Assembly: GCA_045633405.1 (NCBI GenBank)
Contig: JAZQYD010000058.1
Coordinates: forward strand, 91,025 to 155,024
Direction: 5' to 3'
Origin: Eubacteriales bacterium
GTDB taxonomy: Bacteria > Bacillota > Clostridia > Oscillospirales > CAG-272
Length of the DNA: 64,000 nucleotides
The notes under the pieces are model-generated. The model had not been told where the DNA came from, did not search any database, and saw only the letters and a list, made by a program, of their open reading frames with translations. This document shows positions 30,901 to 38,074 of the stretch, piece by piece. The translations under genes were made by a program, and so were the position numbers. Positions within the stretch are counted from its first letter, which is position 1. Each line of letters begins with the position of its first letter.

Positions 30901-32796
30901 GGATATCCACTCGAGCTTGACGTATCCCTGATCGAGAGATACCGCCTCGCCGAAGTAACCGTCAGTGTAGGCTACGTCATTGTGCTCGGAGGTGTTGCTG
31001 CCGTAGATATCGGTCGAGCTTCCGTCGAAGGGCATATAGATGAAGAGGGGCTTATCAACGAAATTATCGACGTAAGCGGCACTTCCCTTCTCGGGAGTCA
31101 CACCGGATGCGGGGAGATCACGGGGGTTATCTGCATCGTAGTAGGTGGGACGCTCGGTTGCCTTAACGCCCTCGAAGAGCCCTGCGGGAACTCTCGCAGT
31201 ATAGCTTGCGGGCTGCTGATAGCCGAGTGCATAGAGAACGATACCTGCACAGTCACGGATATCGAAATCCTCAATCTTCTCAACACCCTTCTCTACCGTG
31301 TGTCCTACCGCACCGAAGAATACACGGGACTCCTGTGCACTGAGACCGCCGTGAGTACCTGTGCCGTTCGCATTGGCAACTCCGCCGTGGTCGGTGGTAA
31401 CTATGAAGAGTGTTCCCTCGAGCATACCGTTAGCCTCGAGAGCACGGTAGATCTGTCCGATCTGATCATCGGTTCTGTTAAGAACCTTATTATACTCGGT
31501 GCCGCCGTAGCCGTAGCCGTGCCCTGCCCCATCGGGATCGTTGAAGTGAATGTAGAGAACCTCGAGGTCCTTGTTCTCTTCTATGTACCTGATCGCCTCG
31601 GCGGTTCCGTTCACGTCACCGTTTTTATACTTGTAGATGTCGAAGCCGTCCTCGACGATACCGGTGTTTATACCGCCCCAAGTAGCGATGGATGCAAGCT
31701 TGGCATCGGGGTCAGCCTCTCTTATAACACGGAGGAAGGAGGGGTATTTTGAATCGGTGGGATAGGGTGTCGTCTCTACCTGAAGGTTGGTCTTGATGCC
31801 GTGGTCCTCGGTAAGCACGCCGTGGAAGAAGGACGTCCATGCATGAGCCGAGCAGGTGGGTACAGTGAGCATATTATAGGTAACTGCACCGTTCTCAAAG
31901 ATAGCATCGATATTGGGAGTGTCTGCCGCCGCAAGAAGCGAGCCGCCCGCACCGTCAAGACCGATGACGACAACTCTGTCGTAAGCACCGAAGCTTGATG
32001 CCTCGTCCGAAAGAACGGCAGTGACGGTCTTGTGGCTGTCAGCCTTGATCTTCAAGGTCTCGCCCGTGCCGACAATTCTGCCTGCCTCATCCTGCCAGAT
32101 TACGTAAGGAAGGAGCTCGGTGGGCTTAGCGGTGAGAATTACCTCATCACGGCCGAGGACGAAGAGACCGGACGTAGTGCCGTCAGGGAGAGCTCCGCCC
32201 TCTACCTTGATCCTTACGTACGTATCGTTAGCGAGTCTGTCGGTATTGACCTCGAAGTGCTTCTGTGCCGCCGCACCGTATGCGAGCATGGTGGTGAGCA
32301 TATCACGGAGCGTCTCGGACTCGGTGGCAGTGCCTGTCACGCCAAGCTTATTGAGTGCGTACTGAAGGATCGAATATTTGGTTACAGAGCTGTAAACCTC
32401 ATTGTCACCGTCAACGTAATACGCTCTTACGTAAAGGTTCTCGGTCATTTCAGCCGCCGCAAGCTCGGTGAGCTTGAACACTACCGAATTTTCGGGCTGC
32501 CCTGCAAGAGGCGTCGAGAGGGGTGAGAGCTCATAATTCTCACTGCCCTTCTTAAGATTATCAACGTGGATGCCTTCGTACTCTCTCCATACGAGAAGCT
32601 TAATATTATCGGGAGAGGTTACGTTATCGTGTCCGACAGAGAAGATAAGATGGACTGTCTCCTCAAAGGATACGTTTGCACCGTTTATTTCCAGTGCCGG
32701 ATCCTCATCGCTTGCCGATACGCCGATCACGAGAGCAACAGCTCCGAGAATAAGCGTAAGGACAACTGCGAGAGTGATTATGATCTTCTTTTTCAT
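27940..32796 (-). CDS. Secreted alkaline phosphatase/phosphodiesterase superfamily protein with four LamG domains and N-terminal unnamed module
   Basis: Signal peptide; VIGLDG, PTCS, DPDGAGH, TTDHG and THG metal/nucleophile motifs; four repeats of Y(M/L)PFD...FG.A...F(T/S)..W...W.H/Y...DEF(M/V).F. Confidence 0.85.
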   Translation of the reverse strand: MKKKIIITLAVVLTLILGAVALVIGVSASDEDPALEINGANVSFEETVHLIFSVGHDNVTSPDNIKLLVWREYEGIHVDNLKKGSENYELSPLSTPLAGQPENSVVFKLTELAAAEMTENLYVRAYYVDGDNEVYSSVTKYSILQYALNKLGVTGTATESETLRDMLTTMLAYGAAAQKHFEVNTDRLANDTYVRIKVEGGALPDGTTSGLFVLGRDEVILTAKPTELLPYVIWQDEAGRIVGTGETLKIKADSHKTVTAVLSDEASSFGAYDRVVVIGLDGAGGSLLAAADTPNIDAIFENGAVTYNMLTVPTCSAHAWTSFFHGVLTEDHGIKTNLQVETTPYPTDSKYPSFLRVIREADPDAKLASIATWGGINTGIVEDGFDIYKYKNGDVNGTAEAIRYIEENKDLEVLYIHFNDPDGAGHGYGYGGTEYNKVLNRTDDQIGQIYRALEANGMLEGTLFIVTTDHGGVANANGTGTHGGLSAQESRVFFGAVGHTVEKGVEKIEDFDIRDCAGIVLYALGYQQPASYTARVPAGLFEGVKATERPTYYDADNPRDLPASGVTPEKGSAAYVDNFVDKPLFIYMPFDGSSTDIYGSNTSEHNDVAYTDGYFGEAVSLDQGYVKLEWISPGSNSFTISMWVKTPKTYRRSPILSTKLWAGGNYADNGYILMFDEDSSPESAIWNVGASSTDNTLVTPLPEDYNRGWMHLTLIVDREGRRLGMAYDFGEVYYTDLPAELDGVSINSSQYHLTIGNTPNGSAPTTMPLTVDEFMVFEGAFNTNDINSLAEYFGKSPKHEEIDVPVSDRYHENIPTPAPDSGTHLSNYDKNLFGSLEYYLPFDTSLANMAGNSNTAVGMNMTTFASKGYFGDALNLRMYKHYVTLPELKLGSDSFSVGMWVDIDSFDAGTIPILSSQKQINGSNAGFSLYFTNKYTLGFTISNGSSSVSDSVAIPADYKDGWVYLMFTLDKAAKTWGVSFDFGAFTTGSIAGFETLDLDGTSETVWAIGNDGNGDYWGTLSPLVDEFMIFRKAVGVSDLANLKDYFEQKEFPKTPEAGTDAYVDNFVTKAPTVYLPFDGSVSNVAGGSPVNTVGTENYITKGVFGKAILFANDKTFVKAPETKLGTEDFSFAFWLDVNSLSGSTIPIVSTQHGEGSVSLGKTQGITFAVGINSTTGAKYLEFYFGDGTNSGKVVTNLPSNVEDLGFIHLAVIVDRGATSTYTLYINFDLAASAVMTYSNTGKAVPATWSADGGRADSVFTLGDSGSGAYWNNLNAYIDEFMLFDYAFTNKEMARFGEYYGKEPLPTISEFMGFDPTLQLDFNNNVINKGSESASFDNVDVDYVDSPFGTAGNFTSVDHTKTTPEHWASSSDFVLSKEQEGGGYNNLTFSFWLSLATDMILDDYSGSQWRYGDRPVFATHDYQSESTMPGMSVFLYSKPSKVKLADLSKVSYMNAEDLVADADGYATYASGEHAGEYVYCQIIRFRASAMDTSGAVTVWSDAYVYLYAPLGGWTNITIVIDRGEYGVNDGTLKFYQDGNQLGLGSNPVTFNIPDVIEDYGSLMGYKDGVSCGIMINDDVGHYPRDVECYLDEFVVFDRALTETDIANLSAYYASIRDAQ

Positions 32797-32823
32797 CCTT
32801 TTTCTCCTTTTTGATATTTTTGA

Positions 32824-32937
32824 TTACATTTCGTGATCCCACTCGGAAACGTAGCTTCTACCCGACGAGGTCTTGATAAGATCCTCATCCGATAAGGGAC
32901 TTATTTCCAAAATAGGGGTTTCATATTTACTCTTCAT
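32824..32937 (-). CDS. 37-aa peptide MKSKYETPILEISPLSDEDLIKTSSGRSYVSEWDHEM
   Basis: C-terminal part of the 84-aa ORF; ATG 32937 has GGAGGT 8 nt upstream and lies just downstream of a perfect promoter, which excludes the longer start. Confidence 0.8.
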   Translation of the reverse strand: MKSKYETPILEISPLSDEDLIKTSSGRSYVSEWDHEM

Positions 32938-32968
32938 AAGAAACAACCTCCAATATATCTCTGGCCCC

Positions 32969-32997
32969 ATTATACTACCATCATTTTTCAGTGTCAA
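32969..32997 (-). promoter_or_regulatory. Consensus sigma-A promoter of the peptide-phosphatase operon
   Basis: TTGACA-CTGAAAAATGATGGTAG-TATAAT (17-nt spacer). Confidence 0.85.
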
Positions 32998-33286
32998 TCG
33001 GCAAGAATTTTTTCTCCGTTTTGACGAAAAAAAGGTGGTTTTTATGGCATTTTGAACAAAAAGCATATATAAAAGCATATCAGACGCGATTTTTTTTAAA
33101 TCAGCACCCCTTTTTAATCAAAAAAAAACGCACTCTTATGATCACTTAATTTGCTAATGAATCCGTGTGGCACAAAAATGCGAATTATATTTAATAATTT
33201 GTGCAGATTAATACACCGCAACAAAACAATATACTGAATAGAGACTATAAAAAAAGGAAGAAATCCGGCTCTGATTTTCTTCCCTG

Positions 33287-33529
33287 TTATTTGATTTCCT
33301 GTTCAAGATCAACAAAAAGATCGGATGAGAAAAACTGAATTACGCTTATCTCGAGTCCGTCACATATTTTCTTAACCGTAGAGACTGTGGCGCTGTTGTT
33401 TCGTCCGCTTACTATATTATTCAGCGTAGACTGTGTTATTCCGCAAACGGTAGAGAGCTTATTAACAGTAATACCCCTCATCCGACAAAGCTCAAGTATT
33501 CTGAGTCTTGTAGCTTCCCCGATGTTCAT
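33287..33529 (-). CDS. XRE/Cro-C1 helix-turn-helix regulator
   Basis: GITVNKLSTVCGITQSTLNNIVSGR...TVKKICDGLEIS; ATG 33529 with RBS GAGGTG. Confidence 0.9.
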   Translation of the reverse strand: MNIGEATRLRILELCRMRGITVNKLSTVCGITQSTLNNIVSGRNNSATVSTVKKICDGLEISVIQFFSSDLFVDLEQEIK

Positions 33530-33562
33530 ATTATTCACCTCTCGGTATTTTATACAATTATT

Positions 33563-33603
33563 TTAACCTTTTTGGGTTGAAATTGTTAACTCTTTTGAGT
33601 TGA
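33563..33603. promoter_or_regulatory. Two tandem 18-bp palindromic operators
   Basis: TTAACCTTTTTGGGTTGA (33563-33580) and TTAACTCTTTTGAGTTGA (33586-33603). Confidence 0.6.
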
Positions 33604-33628
33604 CACGGGGGTGTTTTTATGGTAAAAT
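33600..33628 (+). promoter_or_regulatory. sigma-A promoter of the 94-aa gene
   Basis: TTGACA-17-TAAAAT with extended TG. Confidence 0.7.
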
Positions 33629-33672
33629 TGTATAAAGCTAACGTTTAACTAAATTGGAAGGAAAATAACCCT

Positions 33673-33957
33673 ATGAATAACGGAGAGAAATGTAAGAACA
33701 AAATCACAATAAATTTTACTAAGTGTCGCTTCTCTTTTGAAATTTTGATAAACGACATCCTTTATGCAGAGCCGGTTTCAAAGGAATCCATCGTTATAGA
33801 AGTATCCGATCCAATGAATATCAAAATCCGTGTTCTCGAATATAGATACGGACGGTTGAGATATTCTGATGTGATACTCAATGTCAACGTTTTACCTGAA
33901 GATGCTCCGATCAGCATAACTGTACATGATACCTTTGCAAAAATTGAATCCGACTAA
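33673..33957 (+). CDS. Hypothetical 94-aa protein
   Basis: ORF with own promoter, RBS (GGAAGGA) and downstream terminator; AT-rich; family not recognised. Confidence 0.6.
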   Translation: MNNGEKCKNKITINFTKCRFSFEILINDILYAEPVSKESIVIEVSDPMNIKIRVLEYRYGRLRYSDVILNVNVLPEDAPISITVHDTFAKIESD

Positions 33958-33995
33958 AAAAGAGTGCTCAGGGCTATAAACCTCAAGCACTCTTT
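33958..33995. terminator. Bidirectional terminator
   Basis: AAAGAGTGCT...AGCACTCTTT between convergent genes. Confidence 0.6.
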
Positions 33996-34014
33996 ACATT
34001 TTAATGAAAAGCAA

Positions 34015-36429
34015 CTAATTAAGTGATGAATCTACCTCAAGTGCAATACGAACACCCTCCATAGCATCCTTCGCATAGTAGTCCGCACCGATATGCTTCG
34101 AATACTCCTCGGTCAGGACGGCACCGCCGACCATTATACGGCAATACGGGGCTCTCTCCTTGAGAAGACGTACCGTTTCCTCCATAGCGGGGACAGTGGT
34201 TGTCATCAGTGCACTGAGACCGACTATCGGGATCCTTCTCTTCTCCACCTCCGAGAGTATCGCCTCGGGCGAAACGTCACGGCCGAGATCTGTTACGGCA
34301 AAGCCGTAATTTTCAAGGATGAGCTTGACTATATTCTTACCGATGTCATGTATATCGCCCTTGACGGTGGCTAAGAGCACCTCGCACTTATCGGATGCCG
34401 ATCTGCCAATACGCTCCTTTATAACCTCGAAGGCCGCCTTCGCCGCCTCGGCACTCATAAGAAGCCCGGGGAGGTAGACCCTGCCCGACTCATAATCCCT
34501 GCCAACCCTATCGAGTGCCGGGATAACGTGCTTCTCAATAATAGCTATCGGCTCTTCGCTCTCTAACAGCTCCCGACAGACGCTTGCGGCGTCAGGAGAG
34601 AGTCCCCTTACGATAGCCCTCTCCATCTCGGATGAGTAATTCTCGACAGCGGGCTTCTCACTGACAGAGACAGCACCCGACTCTATCGGATGTCCCTCAG
34701 CAAACCTTATATAATCCCGAAAGGCATCGTCAAGCCCCATCAGTGCCTTATGTGCATAAAACGCACGCATCATCGAATCGGAATGCGGATTCATTATCGC
34801 CGCAGAGAGCCCGAGAGTCATCGCAGAGGTGAGGAAGGACGCATTGAGACCGTCACGTGAAGGAAGCCCGAAGGATACGTTCGATACACCGAGCGATACG
34901 TGACAGCCAAGCTCCTCACTTATCATCTTAACAGCGAGGAGAGTCTCTCTCGCCGCAGTGGGATCAGCACTCACTGTAAGAGCGAGAGGGTCGAAGATAA
35001 TATCCTTTTTCGATATGCCGTACTCCTTCGCACGGGCGAGTATCCTTCTTGCAATTTCAAGCCTACCCTCGGCTTTAGCGGGAATTCCGTCCTCATCGAG
35101 TGTCAGAGCGATGACCGAACCGCCATATTTCTTAGCAAGCGGGAATACCTCCCTCATGCTCTCCTCTTTTCCCGAGACGGAGTTGATAAGGGGCTTACCG
35201 TTATAGATACGCAGAGCACTCTCCATTGCCCGAGCACTCGAGGTGTCAATCTGCAAAGGAAGGGGCGTTACCGCCTGAAGACGCCTTATGACGCTTGTCA
35301 GCATCTCGCACTCGTCTATCTCGGGGAGTCCGACGTTAACGTCAAGCACGTCCGCTCCGTCCTCCTCCTCACCAAGACCCTCACGAAGGATATAATCTAT
35401 ATCTCCCTCACGGAGTGCCTCTTTAAATCTCTTCTTACCCGTTGGGTTTATTCTCTCACCGATAACGATGGGAGCTCTGCCGAATTCCACAGCCCTCGCA
35501 TACGATGAGACGAGGGTGATGCTCTTCTCTTCCGAAGGCCTAAACTCGATTCCATCAAGAGAACGGACAAGCTCACGTATATAGTCGGGCGTAGTTCCGC
35601 AGCAGCCGCCTACAACAGATGCACCCATTCTCACGGCCTCGGCCATCTCGCATGCAAAATCATCGGGGCAAACGTCATATACGGTACGTCCCCCGTCCAC
35701 TCTCGGCAAGCCTGCATTAGGCTTCACTATAACGGGAATCGATGAATAATGTAAATATTCCTTTACAATTTCTTTCATTTCACGGGGGCCTAGCGAGCAG
35801 TTGATGCCGATGGCATCCGCTCCCATCCCCTCAAGAAGTGCTACCATACCGCGAGGCGACGAGCCCGTCATAAGCTTTCCGTCAGACCCGTATGCACATG
35901 AGACGAACACGGGGAGTGTCGAATTTTCCTTAGCGGCGAGTAGTGCCGCCTTTGCCTCATAGCTATCCGAGAAGGTCTCGATGAATATGAGATCAGCACC
36001 GTATTTCACTCCAAGCCTTACGGTCTTTGCAAAAGCCTCCACCGCATCCTCGAAGGGGAGGTCGCCGTATGGCTCGAGCATTCTGCCCGTAGGGCCTATA
36101 TCGAGAGCTACCCACTTAGGCGTATCGGATCGGCATTCATCGATCGCACGCCTTGCATTTGCGATGGCGGACGATATGATATTCTCAAGCTCCTCATCAT
36201 CAAACTTCAAGGAGGATGCACCGAAGGTGTTGGTGCTTATTACGTTCGAGCCCGCGTCCAGATACTCCTTGTGTATCTCCGTAATGACCTCGGGGTGAGT
36301 TATATTCCATCTCTCGGGAAGCTCACCCGGGAGCAAGCCCTTACTCTGAAGAAGAGTACCCATACCTCCGTCGAGAAATATATACCCCTTATTCAGAAGA
36401 TCAGTTATCTTCATTCCTTTTTTCTCCAT
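34015..36429 (-). CDS. metH: Cobalamin-dependent methionine synthase (Hcy, pterin and B12-binding domains; no activation domain)
   Basis: LDGGMGT, GINC, GGCCGT, IGERINPTGK and GDIHDIGKN motifs; alternative start at 36414. Confidence 0.93.
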   Translation of the reverse strand: MEKKGMKITDLLNKGYIFLDGGMGTLLQSKGLLPGELPERWNITHPEVITEIHKEYLDAGSNVISTNTFGASSLKFDDEELENIISSAIANARRAIDECRSDTPKWVALDIGPTGRMLEPYGDLPFEDAVEAFAKTVRLGVKYGADLIFIETFSDSYEAKAALLAAKENSTLPVFVSCAYGSDGKLMTGSSPRGMVALLEGMGADAIGINCSLGPREMKEIVKEYLHYSSIPVIVKPNAGLPRVDGGRTVYDVCPDDFACEMAEAVRMGASVVGGCCGTTPDYIRELVRSLDGIEFRPSEEKSITLVSSYARAVEFGRAPIVIGERINPTGKKRFKEALREGDIDYILREGLGEEEDGADVLDVNVGLPEIDECEMLTSVIRRLQAVTPLPLQIDTSSARAMESALRIYNGKPLINSVSGKEESMREVFPLAKKYGGSVIALTLDEDGIPAKAEGRLEIARRILARAKEYGISKKDIIFDPLALTVSADPTAARETLLAVKMISEELGCHVSLGVSNVSFGLPSRDGLNASFLTSAMTLGLSAAIMNPHSDSMMRAFYAHKALMGLDDAFRDYIRFAEGHPIESGAVSVSEKPAVENYSSEMERAIVRGLSPDAASVCRELLESEEPIAIIEKHVIPALDRVGRDYESGRVYLPGLLMSAEAAKAAFEVIKERIGRSASDKCEVLLATVKGDIHDIGKNIVKLILENYGFAVTDLGRDVSPEAILSEVEKRRIPIVGLSALMTTTVPAMEETVRLLKERAPYCRIMVGGAVLTEEYSKHIGADYYAKDAMEGVRIALEVDSSLN

Positions 36430-37012
36430 TCATTATCCCTACGATTGCACTCACCGACTTTATGGGTGTCATAAGTAAATTCTCAGAAAGTGCAACACCG
36501 ATTTTCGCAGTCGGCTTCAGTGATGCGAAAATATCCCTCTCAAGAGAGATGTCAAGGTCTCCGTAGCCGGGGCTATATCTTGTGCGGCACGCCCCTCCCC
36601 TTTCAGAAGCCGTCTTTCCGATATCACGGCATACAGCGTCACACAGTGCCTCGACCCGCTCGTTGCCGATAGCACTGACAATAAGTGCATCGGTGGGGGA
36701 GGTCGCACCGTATCTCGTCATAAGTCTGTCAATACCGAGTCCTACCGTAGCCACGAATACCACGACACTGTGACACCCGATAAGGCGGGCAGAAAGATCA
36801 CGTGATGATACCCTTGCGAAGCCGAGATCCACCTCTATGCCCGACACGTGTATCGGAAACTCCGCCATACACGCCTTATACGAGAGTGTCGGGAGCACGG
36901 CTGCGAGGCATCTCTCTATACGCTCCGAGAGAGCTTCATCCTCACCCGATCTCAAGTAACGGAGTATCTCGGCTCTCGATACCTCGGGTGCATCATATTC
37001 CCTTACCGTCAT
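36401..37012 (-). CDS. Stand-alone methionine synthase activation domain
   Basis: RYSPGYGD and LMTPIKSVSAIVG motifs; lies between metF and metH. Confidence 0.88.
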   Translation of the reverse strand: MTVREYDAPEVSRAEILRYLRSGEDEALSERIERCLAAVLPTLSYKACMAEFPIHVSGIEVDLGFARVSSRDLSARLIGCHSVVVFVATVGLGIDRLMTRYGATSPTDALIVSAIGNERVEALCDAVCRDIGKTASERGGACRTRYSPGYGDLDISLERDIFASLKPTAKIGVALSENLLMTPIKSVSAIVGIMNGEKRNEDN

Positions 37013-37893
37013 CTCGGATCCGTAATGATATTCGAGAGATTTGCCTTTATTGCGGCGGCAACGTCAGGCTTGTTCATCGAATATACGTGCACGTTCTTTA
37101 TTCCGTTGGCGAAAAGATCGATGATCTGATCGGTGGCATAGGCAATTCCCGCCTGCTTCATAGCCTCGGGCGACGTGCCGAATTTATCTACAAGTGCCTT
37201 GAAGCGTTGCGGAATAAGCGAGCCCGAGAGCTTGATGGCTCTCTCGACCTGATTGCCGTTTGTTATCGGCATTATACCGGGGATAATGGGCACTGTAATG
37301 CCCGCCTCTCTCGCCTTGTAGAGGAAGTTATAGAAAATATTGTTGTCGAAGAACATCTGAGTGGTTAGGAAGGAGCATCCCGCATCAACCTTCTCACGGA
37401 GGTGGAGGATATCCTCCCTCTGGCTTTTACTCTCGGGATGAACCTCGGGATAGCACGCACCGCCTATACACAAGTCGGCACCCGATTCACGGAGCTCACG
37501 AACGAGGTCTATCGCATATCTGTACGGCCACGAGTCTCTGTCGGATGCCATAAGCTCGGGGGTGAGGTCTCCACGCAGAGCCATCACGTTCTCAATACCC
37601 GCATCTATAATATCGGCTATTCTCTCCTTCACCGTCTCCTTGGTCGAGGACACGCAGGTCAGATGTGCGAGTGTGGGCACACCGTGCTTCTCCTTAATAT
37701 TCTTAGCTATCTCAAGTGTGTATCTGCTGGTACCGCCGCCCGCACCGTAGGTGACGCTCATAAAGGACGGGGAGAGCTCTGCTATCTCCTCGGTTGCTCT
37801 CTTAACACTGTCGAAGGCACTGTCCGCCTTCGGCGGAAAGACCTCAAAGGAAAGGTGCATCCCCTCTCCCCTGAAAAGCTCGGATATTTTCAT
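37009..37893 (-). CDS. metF: Methylenetetrahydrofolate reductase
   Basis: SFEVFPPK, SVTYGAGG, AHLTC, ALRGD and TQMFFD motifs; start at 37893. Confidence 0.96.
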   Translation of the reverse strand: MKISELFRGEGMHLSFEVFPPKADSAFDSVKRATEEIAELSPSFMSVTYGAGGGTSRYTLEIAKNIKEKHGVPTLAHLTCVSSTKETVKERIADIIDAGIENVMALRGDLTPELMASDRDSWPYRYAIDLVRELRESGADLCIGGACYPEVHPESKSQREDILHLREKVDAGCSFLTTQMFFDNNIFYNFLYKAREAGITVPIIPGIMPITNGNQVERAIKLSGSLIPQRFKALVDKFGTSPEAMKQAGIAYATDQIIDLFANGIKNVHVYSMNKPDVAAAIKANLSNIITDPR

Positions 37894-38012
37894 ATAAAAT
37901 ACTCCTCTGCACTCATTTTCACGTTTTTTTACAGTATAGCACAAAATGTTTTTCTTTACAATAGAATTTTCTAAAAACTCTCACGCACACGCACGAAAAA
38001 GTAATACATCCC

Positions 38013-38041
38013 TTGACATCCCCCGAGGAGTGGTTTATAAT
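38013..38041 (+). promoter_or_regulatory. Consensus sigma-A promoter of OB-fold lipoprotein
   Basis: TTGACA-17-TATAAT. Confidence 0.8.
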
Positions 38042-38074
38042 ATCTCATATAAAAACAAAAAAGGAGACATCCCG

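Noticed and set aside
31855..31980. Sulfatase call for the alkaline-phosphatase-superfamily domain
   Set aside because: PTCSAHAW does not fit the (C/S)xPxR formylglycine motif, and the metal motifs are phosphodiesterase-type.
32938..33078. N-terminal extension of the 84-aa ORF
   Set aside because: Spans the promoter and RBS of the 37-aa peptide, so the true start is 32937.
33170..33204. GCACAAA...TTTGTGC inverted repeat, with similar TTG(C/A)ACAA words near 9652, 9713 and 33052
   Set aside because: Short words in AT-rich DNA with inconsistent spacing; cannot be distinguished from background by eye.
34015..37012. MetH lacking its activation domain, as a possible pseudogene or novelty
   Set aside because: The activation domain is the adjacent gene; split MetH is well known in Firmicutes and Thermotoga.
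37894..37962. SAM riboswitch or T-box upstream of metF
   Set aside because: A TTGTAA-17-TATACT promoter lies about 40 nt from the start; no room and no motif seen.
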